NCBI GenBank assembly: GCA_963718085.1
Contig: CAVQYA010000001.1
Span: 542,113 to 606,112, forward strand
Origin: an uncultured Chloroflexia bacterium
Lineage (GTDB): Bacteria > Chloroflexota > Limnocylindria > Limnocylindrales > CSP1-4
Length of the DNA: 64,000 bases
Reading direction: 5' to 3'
A model generated the notes under the pieces. It made no database searches and had not been told where the DNA came from. It saw nothing but the letters and a program-made list of their open reading frames with translations. The translations under genes were made by a program, and so were the position numbers. Below are positions 30,293 to 39,870 of the stretch, piece after piece (the stretch's first letter is position 1; each line of letters opens with the position of its first letter).

Positions 30293-32708
30293 GCCGGGCG
30301 CGCCGCCCGGGGTCGCGCTGCCCCTGTCCGTCGCGGGCGGCCCGGCGAGCTCGACGGGCGCCCCTTCGCTCCCCGGCGAGCCGGGCGCTGGAGGGCCGCC
30401 GGGTTCGGCGTCCCACCGGCGATGCGGCGCCCCGGGGCCAGGTCCTCGCCGGCGAGCGGCACCGCGGCTCCGCAGCCGAGGCAGAGGGCGGTGTCCACGT
30501 CTGCGCGGACCAGCGGGCCGCCGTCGGGATCGTGGACCGGGCCGAGCGGCTCGCGAGAGGTCGTGAAGTCGCACTTCGGGTAGCGCGAGCAGCCCCAGAA
30601 GACGGAGCGCGTCCGGCGGGCGCGTCGGGCGACGAGGTGTCCCTCCGTGCAGGAAGGGCAGGCCACCTCGAAGGGGAGCTGGTCGGGCGGCGGCGGGCCG
30701 TCCTTCCTGATGTAGGCACAATCGGGGTAGCGGTTGCAGCCGACGAAGGGCCCGAAACGCCCCCGCTTCGTGACGAGCTCGCCGCCATCGGTGGCCCCGC
30801 ACGTCGGGCAGGCCTCGCCGGTTCCCGGCAGGACCGGGGTGTCGGGCTCCTCCCCGGGGATCGGCCGCGATTCCTTGTGCTCGGGGAAAAGGGAGCACGC
30901 CAGGAAGCGCCCGTTGCGGCCCAGCCGGATCACCATCGGGTGTCCCTGCGAGCAGACCTCGTCCGAGGCCTCGGTCGTGAAGTCCGCGCGACGCAGCACG
31001 CGGCGCTTTTCGTCGACCAGCGCGCGGAGCGGCCCGTAGAACGCCGCGAGGAGCGGCACCCAGGTGCGCTCCCCCCGGGCGACCTCGTCGAGCTCCTCCT
31101 CCATCCGGGCCGTGAACGCGAGGTCGACGTACTCGCCGAAGTGCTCCACGAGCAGGTCGGTGACCACCTCGGCGACCGGTTCCGGGTGGAGCCGGCGCTC
31201 GCGGACGACGACGTAGCCGCGATCGACGACCGTGGAGAGCGTCGCGGCGTACGTGGACGGACGGCCGATCCCGTTCTCCTCGAGGGCCTTCACCAGGCTC
31301 GCCTCCGTGTAGCGCGGCGGCGGCTCGGTGAAGTGCTGCGTCGGGACCACGGCCGCGACCGTCGTCGCGTCGCCGACCGCGAGAGGCGGGAGGCTGCGCT
31401 CGGCCTCGTCCTCGCCCTCGTCGCGCCCCTCCGTGTAGACCGCGGAGAATCCGTCGAAGAGCGTCCGCGTGGCGGTCGCCCGGAGACCGTAGGAGCCGGC
31501 CAGAAGGTCGATGGTGGTCGTCTCGAGCTGCTTCTCCTTCATCTGGCTGGCGATGGCGCGCTGCCAGATCAGGCGATAGAGCCGGGCCTCGTCCGGCTTG
31601 AGGCGCGCCGCCAGCGCCTCGGGATCGCGGGCGAACGACGTCGGTCTGATCGCCTCGTGGGCCTCCTGGGCGCCCTTTGCCTTCGTCCGATAGACGCGCC
31701 CCTTGGGCATCGTGTAGGCGTCGCCGAAGCGCGCCGCGATGACCTCGCGGGCCTGGCCCAGGGCCTGGCCGGCCATCGACGACCGAATCGGTACGCATGT
31801 AGGTGATCAGGCCGACGCGGCCGTCCGGCGTGTCGAGGCCCTCGTAGAGCTTCTGGGCGACGGCCATCGTGCGCTTCGGGCTGAAGCCGAGCTTGCGGCT
31901 CGCCTCCTGCTGGAGCGTCGACGTGGTGAACGGCGGCGCCGGGCTTCGCTTGCTCTTCTTCGTCCCGACCTCGGTGACGATCGGGCGGCTCGCCTGCAGG
32001 GCCCGGACGTGCGTGTCGGCCGTGGCGCCGTCGCCGATCTCCGGCTTCGCCCCGTCGATCCGGACGAGATCGGCGTCGAGCGGCGAGCCGTCCGGGGCGA
32101 TGCAGGCTCGCCACGATCGTCCAGTACTCGCGGGCGGCGAAGGCGCGGATCTCCCGCTCGCGCTCGACGACGAGACGCACGGCAACCGACTGGACCCGCC
32201 CGGCCGACAGGCCCGAGCGCACCTTGCGCGAGATGAGCGGGCTCAGGGTGTACCCCACCAGGCGGTCGACGATCCGGCGTGCCTGCTGCGCATCCACGAG
32301 ATCGCGGTTGATCTGGCGAGGGTGAGCGAAGGCGTGGCGGATCGCCGGCTCGGTGATCTCGCTGAACGTGACCCGGGCCAGCTTGTCCGCCGGGAGGCCC
32401 GCCGCCTCCGCGACGTGCCAGGCGATCGCCTCGCCCTCGCGATCGAGGTCGGTCGCCAGGAAGATCCGCTCGGCCGTTCGCGCCGCCTTCTCGATCGCGC
32501 CGACGTGCTTGCGCGACCGCTCGTCGGGGATCACGTACTCGGGGGCGAAGTCGTGGTCCACGTCCACGCCGAACTTGCCCTTCCCCGGGTTCTCCGGCAG
32601 GTCGCGGACGTGGCCGTAAGAGGCAAGCACGGCGTAACCCGGCCCGAGGTAGCGTTCGATCGTCCTGGCCTTGGCGGGCGACTCGACGATGACGAGGTTT
32701 CGACTCAT
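30289..32708 (-). CDS. topA: DNA topoisomerase I; frame interrupted twice
   Basis: Read from [14 protein letters not shown] (ATG 32708). It has a Toprim DLDREGEAI motif, the active-site region ITYMRTDS, and C-terminal C4 zinc ribbons (CPTCG, CPSC, CLGCG). The three pieces lie in ORFs 31569..32966, 27734..32185 and 30289..31776. The shifts are near 32093-32108 and 31775-31785, and the length is 2420 nt = 3n+2. Confidence 0.93.
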
Positions 32709-32829
32709 GGCGCCCGAGTCTAGCACCGGGGTCCCGCGATCCGGCGCCTCGCGGCTTCGCCGCGGCGCACGTGCGGGCGCGCGTGCCACGCCCGTTCCCC
32801 GCCGGCGGGCGGCCGGGGCGGCCGGTCGC

Positions 32830-33153
32830 TCAGAGCTCGCGGACGCGCCGGAGCAGGTCCTCGTCGAGCTCGATCTCCTCCGGTTCCGCGGCAGCCGTGG
32901 GCACCAGCTCCATCTCCGCGCCGCCGCGCGCCTCCGTCGCGATCTCGACGAAGCGAACCTGGGCAAAGGGAATGACGAACGTCGACGAGACGTGGTCCAC
33001 GAAGATCGGCCGCTTCCGGTTCAGCGTGCGCAGGTTCGTGCAGATCAGCAGCACGTCGCCCGGCAGCGGCATCGTCGGCAGGTCCGCCACGAGCGGCTGC
33101 TCGTTGAGGATGTGGATGACGACGTCGCGGATCACGGTCGGTGACGTTAGCAC
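32830..33153 (-). CDS. Hypothetical 107-aa protein between dprA and topA
   Basis: The ORF has a GTG start and reads MLTSPTVIRDVVIHILNEQPLVADLPTMPLPGDVLLICTNLRTLNRKRPIFVDH..., ending in an acidic tail. Its composition looks protein-like, but I do not recognise a family. Confidence 0.5.
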   Translation of the reverse strand: MLTSPTVIRDVVIHILNEQPLVADLPTMPLPGDVLLICTNLRTLNRKRPIFVDHVSSTFVIPFAQVRFVEIATEARGGAEMELVPTAAAEPEEIELDEDLLRRVREL

Positions 33154-33183
33154 GCGAGAGCGGCGACGGGAAGCCGACGAAGG

Positions 33184-34417
33184 TCACGGGCGCCCTCCTG
33201 ACCTGCCCCGAGACCGGCCGATCGCGCGCACGCCGTCGAGCGGCCCGGCGAGGCGATAGCGGCCGAAGGCTCCCGCGACGAGGCCCTCCTCCTCGAGACG
33301 AGTCAGGACGGCGAGGACCGTGGCGCCGGCGAGGTCCGTGCCGCTGACGAGCACGTCGGCCGTCGCGGGGCCGCGCAGGAGCAGGCGCACGACGGCCTCC
33401 TCCGCGGGTCCGAGACGGGCCAGGATGGCCCCGGCGTCCGGCGGCGACGATTCGCTGCGTTCGCGCCGGAGGCGCCGCACGTCCAGGGGCGTGGCATACC
33501 CGAGATCCTCCACGAGCTCGTCGGTCCCGGCCACGAGCCGGGCCTCCCCCGCGTGCTCGCGCAGGAGACGGTTGCACCCCACGGCCTGGGCGCGGTCGAG
33601 CGGCCCCGGAACGGCGAAGACGGCACGGCCCTGCTCCATCGCCCAGCTCGCCGTGATGAGCGCACCGCTGCGCTCGCCGGCCTCGACCACGACCGTCGCG
33701 TCGGCCAGGCCGGCGATGATCCGGTTCCGGCGCGGGAAGCTCGCCGCTCGAGGCCGTGCATCAGGGGGCAATTCGGCGACCACCGCGCCCCCCGCGCGAA
33801 CGATCTCCCGGGCCAGGGCCTCGTGCGCCGCCGGGTAGAGATGGGCGTGCCCGCTGCCGAGGACCGCCACCGTGATCCCCTGCGCGAGCAGCGCGCCGGC
33901 ATGCGCGGATCCGTCGATGCCCACCGCGAGACCCGAGACCACCGTCGCCCCGACGGCCGCCAGAACGCCGCCGATCCGCGCCGCCGCGCGCCGTCCATCG
34001 TCGGTGGGTCGTCGCGTCCCGACCACCGCCACGATCCGCGGCGACTCGAGGGCGGAGGGGTCCCCGGTGACGAAGAGGACGGGGGGCGTCAGCTCGATCG
34101 CCCGGAGCCGGTGAGGATACCCCGCGTCCTCGGCGGTGATCGCCTCGACTCCGAGCTCGGCGAGCCGCGCGAAGAGGAGGGGCGCGCCATCCCGCGCCGG
34201 GACGATCCGGTCCGGCGAGTCCGCGATCCATCGTGAGGCCCTCGCTCGCAACCGCGGCCGCCAGGCGCCCCGGCCCGCCCCGCCCGGCGGCCACGTCCAG
34301 GGCCCGAACGCTGCTGCCGAACGCCCGCAGCAGCGCCCCGAACGTGACCGGCCCGATGCCCTCGACGGCCGCAAGGGCGATCCACGCCTCGCGCTCCGAG
34401 AGCCGGGAGAGAGGCAT
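33184..34417 (-). CDS. dprA: DNA processing protein DprA (Smf); frame interrupted once
   Basis: The N-terminus (MPLSRLSEREAWIALAAVEGIGPVTFGALL) is in the 33761..34921 frame. The Rossmann-like core (VAVVGTRRPT, GLAVGIDGSAHAGAL, FPRRNRIIAGL) is in ORF 33184..34485. The shift is near 34222-34245, and the length is 1234 nt = 3n+1. Confidence 0.88.
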
Positions 34418-34545
34418 GCGGGCAGGCGCCGCGCGGTCGGCCTCGGGACTCGTCGGGCCGGTCGGCGGGCCGGCGACGCCACCACCCCCCGCGCGCTCGA
34501 TCTCCTCTCCGCCGAGTGGCCCGCCGCGCGCGACGCCGAGCATCG

Positions 34546-36111
34546 TCAGGCCACCCCGCGGGCAAGGCTCACCCGCTTCTCCGAGGGCGGACGGTAGCGA
34601 GCCGCCTCCTCGAGATGCTCGACCGCGACCTGGTCCGCGCCCGCGAGGTCCGCGATCGTGCGGGCGACCCGCACCAGGCGCTCCGTCCCGCGGGCGGTCA
34701 TCCCCGCTGCGTCGGCAAGTGAGATGGCGCGCCGCTCCGCGCGGGCGTCGAGCGCCGCCGCGGCCCGCAGGGCACGGCCGCGGAGCCGGCCGTTCAGCTG
34801 CGCACGCGCGACGACCTGGCGCGCCCGGCACTCGCCGACCCGGACCCGAACGGCCTCCGACGACTCCGGATCCCGGGAGCGGATCAGCTCGCTCGGGGCG
34901 ATGCGCGGCACGCCGACCCACAGGTCGATGCGGTCACGCAGCGGTCCGGAGATCCGGGCCCGGTAGCGCTCCGGGATGCCGCGCGGGCACGTGCAGCGCC
35001 CCGACGCGTCCCCGTCCCAGCCGCACGGACACGGGTTCATCGCCCCCGCCAGCTGGAACCGCGCCGGGAAGACGACGGCCCGCCCGACCCGGGCCACGCA
35101 CACCCGCCCCTCTTCGAGCGGCTGGCGGAGCGCCTCGAGCGAGGAGCGGTCGAACTCCGGCAGCTCGTCGAGGAATAGCGTCCCCAGGTGCGCCCGTGTC
35201 ACCTCGCCCGGCGTCACGTGCGGACCACCCCCCACGAGGGCCGCGCACGAGGCGGTGTGATGGGGCGCCCGAAAGGGCCGGCGCCGAACGAGGCCATGCA
35301 CTGGACCGGCCCCCACGACCGACGCGATGATCGTTGCCTCGCGCGCCTCCTCGTCGTCGAGAGGCGGCAGGACGCCGGGGATCGTGGACGCGAGCATCGT
35401 CTTCCCCGAGCCGGGCGGGCCGATGAGCACGAAGCCGTGGCCCCCGGCGAGGGCGATCTCGAGCGCCCGACGCGCCTCGAGCAGGCCCCGCACGTCGGCG
35501 AGGTCGGGCAGGTCGCCGGCCTGGTCGCCCGCCGCAGGCGCCGCCACCTCCGCGGGGACGAGCTCGGCGCGCAGCCCCGGACGATGCCCGCCGACACGGC
35601 GACCCCGCAGCGTGTCGGCGGCCTCCGCCAGCGACGCGACACCGACGACCTCGATGCCGGGGACGAGGCGCGCCTCCGCGAGGGAGTCGGCCGGCACGAC
35701 CACGCGGCCTGCACCCCGCCGCGCGAGCGCCGTGACCATGGGCATGATGCCCGGCACCGGGCGAACCTCCCCGCCGAGGCCCAGCTCTCCGAGGAGCGCC
35801 CAGGACCCGCGGGGCGTCACCTGCTCGGAGCCGACGAGAATCGCGACGGCGATCCCGAGGTCCAGGGCCGACCCGGCCTTCGGCACGTCCGCCGGAGCGA
35901 GGTTGACCGTGATGCGGCGCGCGGGATGCACGAAACCGCTGTTCCGCAGGGCGCCGCGCACGCGCTCCCGCGCCTCGCGCAGGGCGGCGTCGGCGAGGCC
36001 GACGATGGTGAAGCCGGGAAGCCCGGGGGCAACGTCGGCTTCGATCCGCACGGGGCGGCCGTCGAGCCCGTGGAGGGTGGCGGCGAGGACGCTGGCGAGC
36101 ATGGGTCGCAC
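34546..36111 (-). CDS. comM: Mg-chelatase-like ATPase ComM/YifB
   Basis: 521 aa with an N-terminal Lon-protease-like domain, Walker A (GPPGSGKTMLA), and an MCM/chelatase-type AAA core. It lies upstream of dprA. Confidence 0.9.
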   Translation of the reverse strand: MRPMLASVLAATLHGLDGRPVRIEADVAPGLPGFTIVGLADAALREARERVRGALRNSGFVHPARRITVNLAPADVPKAGSALDLGIAVAILVGSEQVTPRGSWALLGELGLGGEVRPVPGIMPMVTALARRGAGRVVVPADSLAEARLVPGIEVVGVASLAEAADTLRGRRVGGHRPGLRAELVPAEVAAPAAGDQAGDLPDLADVRGLLEARRALEIALAGGHGFVLIGPPGSGKTMLASTIPGVLPPLDDEEAREATIIASVVGAGPVHGLVRRRPFRAPHHTASCAALVGGGPHVTPGEVTRAHLGTLFLDELPEFDRSSLEALRQPLEEGRVCVARVGRAVVFPARFQLAGAMNPCPCGWDGDASGRCTCPRGIPERYRARISGPLRDRIDLWVGVPRIAPSELIRSRDPESSEAVRVRVGECRARQVVARAQLNGRLRGRALRAAAALDARAERRAISLADAAGMTARGTERLVRVARTIADLAGADQVAVEHLEEAARYRPPSEKRVSLARGVA

Positions 36112-36178
36112 GGTAGCGACCGTTGCTCACCCGCCGATCATCTGCGGCTTATTCGCGCCCACCGACGCCGCCGCCCGT

Positions 36179-37348
36179 TCAGCGCGGGGCGGCCACCGCG
36201 ACGATGGGGCCGGCGACCCCGCCCCGGTCGATCGCGCGGGCAAGCTCGAGGAAGGAGCGTCCGAGCGGTGACTCCGGCTTCGTGAACATCACGGGGGTGC
36301 CCGAGTTGAGGGCGCTGATGGCCCCGCGGTACTCGTTGAGCACCTGCAGGTCGATGGGATGCCGCAGGGCACCCTCGGCCGTCTTGGCGTTGATCCCGGT
36401 GAACGCGTTCGAGCGGTTCAAGATGAGCTTGACCCGCTCGCCGTCGAACCCGATGTTGCCGAGCGTCTCGAGAACCAGGCGGACGTTCTTGAGGCACGAG
36501 AGGTCGGCCGTGAGCACGACGAACAGGTGCTCGGCGGTGTCGAACAGGGCCAGGCTCGTGTCGTCGAGCCGCTTGTCGAGATCGACGACGACGTAGTCGT
36601 AGATCCCCCGCAGGACGTCGATGATGCGGGTCAGATGCTCCTTCGTGATGAGCTCCGCCATCTCCGGCGTGGGCGGGGCGAGAAGGAGGTCGATCTTCGA
36701 GTCGTGCTCCACGAGGACGCCGCGGAGCAGGTCCCCGTCGATCGAAGCCGAGCTGACCACGTCGACGATGCTCTTCCGGTCGAGGCCGAGGTCCAGGAAG
36801 ACCCGGTGATCGCCGAACTGGAGGTTCGCATCGACGAGGCAGACGCGCCGGCCCAGCTCGCGCTGGAGGGCGATGGCCACGTTGATCGCGATCGTGGTCG
36901 TCCCCACGCCGCCCTTGGCGCCGTAGAAGGCGAGGACGCGACCGAGGGGCGGCCGTCCCACCATGAGATCCTTCGGGGCGAGGCGGGACAGGAGGCTCCT
37001 GATGCGGGCCAGCAGCTCGGCCGGGTGGAACGGCTTGACGAGGTAGTCGTCCCCGCCCGCGCGCAGCCCCCGGATCTTCTGCTCGACCGCGGCCTCGGCC
37101 GTCAGCATGATGATGGGCACGTGGGAGCCGGACTCGTCCGCGCGAATCTTCTCCGCGACCTGGTAGCCGTCGAGCTTCGGAAGCGCGACGTCGAGCAGGA
37201 TCAGGGCCGGGTTCTCCACGCCCCACAGGCGGAACCCTTCTGCGCCGTCGGCTGCGACGACGACCTCGTAGCCCTCCATCTTGAGCGTGTGGCTCAAGAG
37301 GCGCTGCACGTTCGGGTCGTCGTCTACGACGAGGATCTTGGCGGCCAT
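36179..37348 (-). CDS. Response-regulator receiver fused to a MinD/ParA-type ATPase (CpaE/TadZ-like)
   Basis: Receiver motifs are present (ILVVDDDP, LLDVALPKLDG, LVKPF), followed by the deviant Walker A GAKGGVGTTTIAINVA and an SIMIBI fold. No Tad/Flp pilus genes are in the window. Confidence 0.85.
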   Translation of the reverse strand: MAAKILVVDDDPNVQRLLSHTLKMEGYEVVVAADGAEGFRLWGVENPALILLDVALPKLDGYQVAEKIRADESGSHVPIIMLTAEAAVEQKIRGLRAGGDDYLVKPFHPAELLARIRSLLSRLAPKDLMVGRPPLGRVLAFYGAKGGVGTTTIAINVAIALQRELGRRVCLVDANLQFGDHRVFLDLGLDRKSIVDVVSSASIDGDLLRGVLVEHDSKIDLLLAPPTPEMAELITKEHLTRIIDVLRGIYDYVVVDLDKRLDDTSLALFDTAEHLFVVLTADLSCLKNVRLVLETLGNIGFDGERVKLILNRSNAFTGINAKTAEGALRHPIDLQVLNEYRGAISALNSGTPVMFTKPESPLGRSFLELARAIDRGGVAGPIVAVAAPR

Positions 37349-37411
37349 CCGGACCTCACTCGTTCAGCCGGGCTCGTGCGCAGCATCCCCGGACGGGGCG
37401 AATTCTAGCGG

Positions 37412-37435
37412 ACGGGGGTCCCGGGCGACCCCCGT
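37412..37435 (-). terminator. Perfect 9-bp GC hairpin downstream of the SPFH gene
   Basis: ACGGGGGTC (37412-37420) and GACCCCCGT (37427-37435) flank a 6-nt loop, about 45 nt past the stop at 37480. There is no U tract. Confidence 0.5.
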
Positions 37436-37479
37436 CCCGTGGTGGCGGCGCCACTCCCCGCGGCGGCGGTTGCCTGGAC

Positions 37480-38409
37480 CTACTTGGCGACGGTGCCGCC
37501 CGTCGTGATCGCGGTGCCAAGGCCGGCCGCCAGCGGCCCAACGAGCTGGGTGAACTCGGCCGGGATGATGTACTTGGTGGACGGGCTCTGGCCGATCACC
37601 TTCAGGGCGTCCAGGTACTGCAGGAGCATCGTCTTCTGATCGATCGCGGACGCCGATTCGTAGATCCGGGTCAGCGCCTGGCCGAAGCCCTCGGCGTTGA
37701 GGATCTGGGACTGCCGGGCCCCCTCGGCGCGGAGGATCTGCGACTGGCGCTCGCCCTCGGCGGTGAGGATCGCTGCCTGCTTGGCGCCCTCGGCGATGTT
37801 GATCTCAGACTGGCGGCGCCCCTCGGACTCGGTGATGACGGCGCGCCGCGTCCGCTCGGCGGACAGCTGCCGGTTCATGGCGTCCTGGACGTCGCGGGGC
37901 GGCGTGATCTCGCGGATCTCGACCGTCGTGACCTTGCCGCCCCAGCGCTCCGTGACCTCGTCGAGCTTCGTGCGCAGGACCTCGTTGATCTGCTCGCGGC
38001 GGGAGAGGACCTCGTCGAGGAGGATGTCACCGATGACCGCGCGCAGAGTCGTCGTCGCCACGCCCTGCAGCGCGCCCGCGAAGTAGGCGACGTTCACGAT
38101 GCTCTTGAGGGGGTCGACGATCCGCCAGTAGATGAGGAAGTCGACGTTGATCGGGGCGTTGTCCCGGGTGATCGTCGTCTGGCTGGGGACCTCGATGAAC
38201 TGCTCGCGCACGTCCACCTTCACCGGCCTGTCGATGATCGGGATCAGGAAGCGCAGTCCCGGATCGCGCACCAGGCGCTCGTTCGTCTGGCCCAGCCGGA
38301 AGACGACCATCTTCTCGTACTGCTGGACCACCCGGACCGAGAGGTAGAGGAAGACCAGGGCGAGGACGAGGATCGCCACGACGACGGCGAGGGTGATGCC
38401 GAGCTCCAC
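37480..38409 (-). CDS. SPFH/band-7 (stomatin-like) protein
   Basis: The GTG start at 38409 is preceded by AAGGAG with a 6-nt spacer. It has an N-terminal TM segment and an SPFH core (VVQQYEKMVVFRLGQ..., FIEVPSQTTITRDNAPINVDF), followed by a coiled region rich in AEG/Q. Confidence 0.9.
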   Translation of the reverse strand: MELGITLAVVVAILVLALVFLYLSVRVVQQYEKMVVFRLGQTNERLVRDPGLRFLIPIIDRPVKVDVREQFIEVPSQTTITRDNAPINVDFLIYWRIVDPLKSIVNVAYFAGALQGVATTTLRAVIGDILLDEVLSRREQINEVLRTKLDEVTERWGGKVTTVEIREITPPRDVQDAMNRQLSAERTRRAVITESEGRRQSEINIAEGAKQAAILTAEGERQSQILRAEGARQSQILNAEGFGQALTRIYESASAIDQKTMLLQYLDALKVIGQSPSTKYIIPAEFTQLVGPLAAGLGTAITTGGTVAK

Positions 38410-38446
38410 GTGCGGCTCCTTTCGACTCCGGGGCTGGACGAGCGGG

Positions 38447-39811
38447 TCAGGACGCCGGCAGGGCGTCCGTCGCCTCGACATAGAGGGTAAGGCCGTCCTG
38501 GCGGACGACGGAGACGGGAACGCCGCGCGCGATCGCACGCCCGTCGACGCTCCGGGCGGTCCACTCCTCGCCGGCGGCGAGGACGGAGCCGATCGGGTCG
38601 ATCGGGCGGGCAACCTTGCCCGCCTCGCCGATCACTCGCAGCGAGCCGACGAGGATCGGGCTCTGCAGCGTGTGACGGGTCCGGATGGCCACGACGGTGA
38701 TGAGGGCGGCGAATGCCGCGGTCATGCCCGCGACGACGATGATGACGGGCAGGGCCACCGCCACGGCGGGGCCGGTCGGGGTGCCGGGCTCCGTGTAGAG
38801 CGCCCCCGCCCCAAGCGCAACGCAGACCACGGCCCCGGCCGCGAGGAGGCCGTGGCTCGTGATCTGGGTCTCGAGAACGACCAGCAGGAGCCCCAGGGCC
38901 AGGAGCAGGAGCCCCACCACGTTGAGGGGCAGGCTGCCGAACCCTACGAAGGCGAGAAGCAGGCAGATGGCGCCCACGACGCCGGTGGCCAGGTTCGGGT
39001 TCTGGACCTCGAAGATCAGGCCGTAGAAACCGATGGTGAAGAGGACGAAGGCGATGTTGGGGTCCGAGAGGAGATGCAGCAACCCCTGCAGCGGGTTCAT
39101 CGGGACCTCGACGGGGACGGCGCCGGCCGTGGCCAGGGTCACCGGCGATCCTCCGGCCACCGTGACCGTGCGGCCATCCGCGGCCCGCAGGACCTCCTCG
39201 ATCGTCGCGGCGATGCCGTCGACGGCGCCGGCCGCCGTGGCCTCCTCGGCCGAGTAGCTCTTCGCCTCGGCGACCGTCGACACGGCCCAGGCGACCGGTC
39301 TGCCCCGCGCCTGGGCGATCGCCGTGATGTTCGCGATCGCGTCGTTCTTGACCTTCTCCCCGAGGGTGCCCCCGATGTCCTGGCCATTGCTCGCGATCGG
39401 GCTCGCGGCGCCCACGTTGGTGCCGGGCGCCATCCAGGCAAGGTTGGCGGCGAGGGTGATGAAGGTACCGGCGCTCGCCGCCCGACCGCCGGCCGGCGCC
39501 ACCCAGACGATGACCGGAACGGGTGCCTCGAGGAGCGCGCCGGTGATCTTCTGCGTGGCGTCGAGGCTCCCGCCGGGAGTGTTGAGCTTCACGACGACGA
39601 CCGTCGCGCCCTCGCGGGCTGCCTTCGCGAGGCCGTCGGTGAGGTAGCCGGCAAGGACGCCGTCCACGACACCGGTCGTCGGGAGGATCCAGGCCTCGGG
39701 CGACCCGTCCGCCGCCCGGGTCGGGGTCGCGGCCCCGAGCACGAGCCCGATCGCCCCGAGCCCGAGGGGCACGAGCGGAACGAGGCGGGCGAGGGTTGCG
39801 AGATGGCGCAT
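38447..39811 (-). CDS. NfeD-family membrane protease (ClpP-like domain, TM block, C-terminal OB domain)
   Basis: Read from MRHLATLARLVPL (ATG 39811), 454 aa. It has KLNTPGGS, a ClpP-class fold, 4-5 TM segments, and an NfeD OB tail. It forms the canonical pairing with the downstream SPFH gene. Confidence 0.88.
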   Translation of the reverse strand: MRHLATLARLVPLVPLGLGAIGLVLGAATPTRAADGSPEAWILPTTGVVDGVLAGYLTDGLAKAAREGATVVVVKLNTPGGSLDATQKITGALLEAPVPVIVWVAPAGGRAASAGTFITLAANLAWMAPGTNVGAASPIASNGQDIGGTLGEKVKNDAIANITAIAQARGRPVAWAVSTVAEAKSYSAEEATAAGAVDGIAATIEEVLRAADGRTVTVAGGSPVTLATAGAVPVEVPMNPLQGLLHLLSDPNIAFVLFTIGFYGLIFEVQNPNLATGVVGAICLLLAFVGFGSLPLNVVGLLLLALGLLLVVLETQITSHGLLAAGAVVCVALGAGALYTEPGTPTGPAVAVALPVIIVVAGMTAAFAALITVVAIRTRHTLQSPILVGSLRVIGEAGKVARPIDPIGSVLAAGEEWTARSVDGRAIARGVPVSVVRQDGLTLYVEATDALPAS

Positions 39812-39870
39812 GGTGACTCTCCCGGGCCAAGTATGGCACCCGCGCCGTGGGGGTTCGTCAGGGCCGCGTG

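Noticed and set aside
27734-32185. A single 1483-aa minus-strand ORF.
   Set aside because: It is a chimera. Its C-terminal third is MurJ, its middle is the XerC N-terminal domain, and an upstream piece is the central part of TopA. These are joined by out-of-frame read-through of the other segments. The true gene boundaries are marked by ATGA/GTGA overlaps and frameshift junctions.
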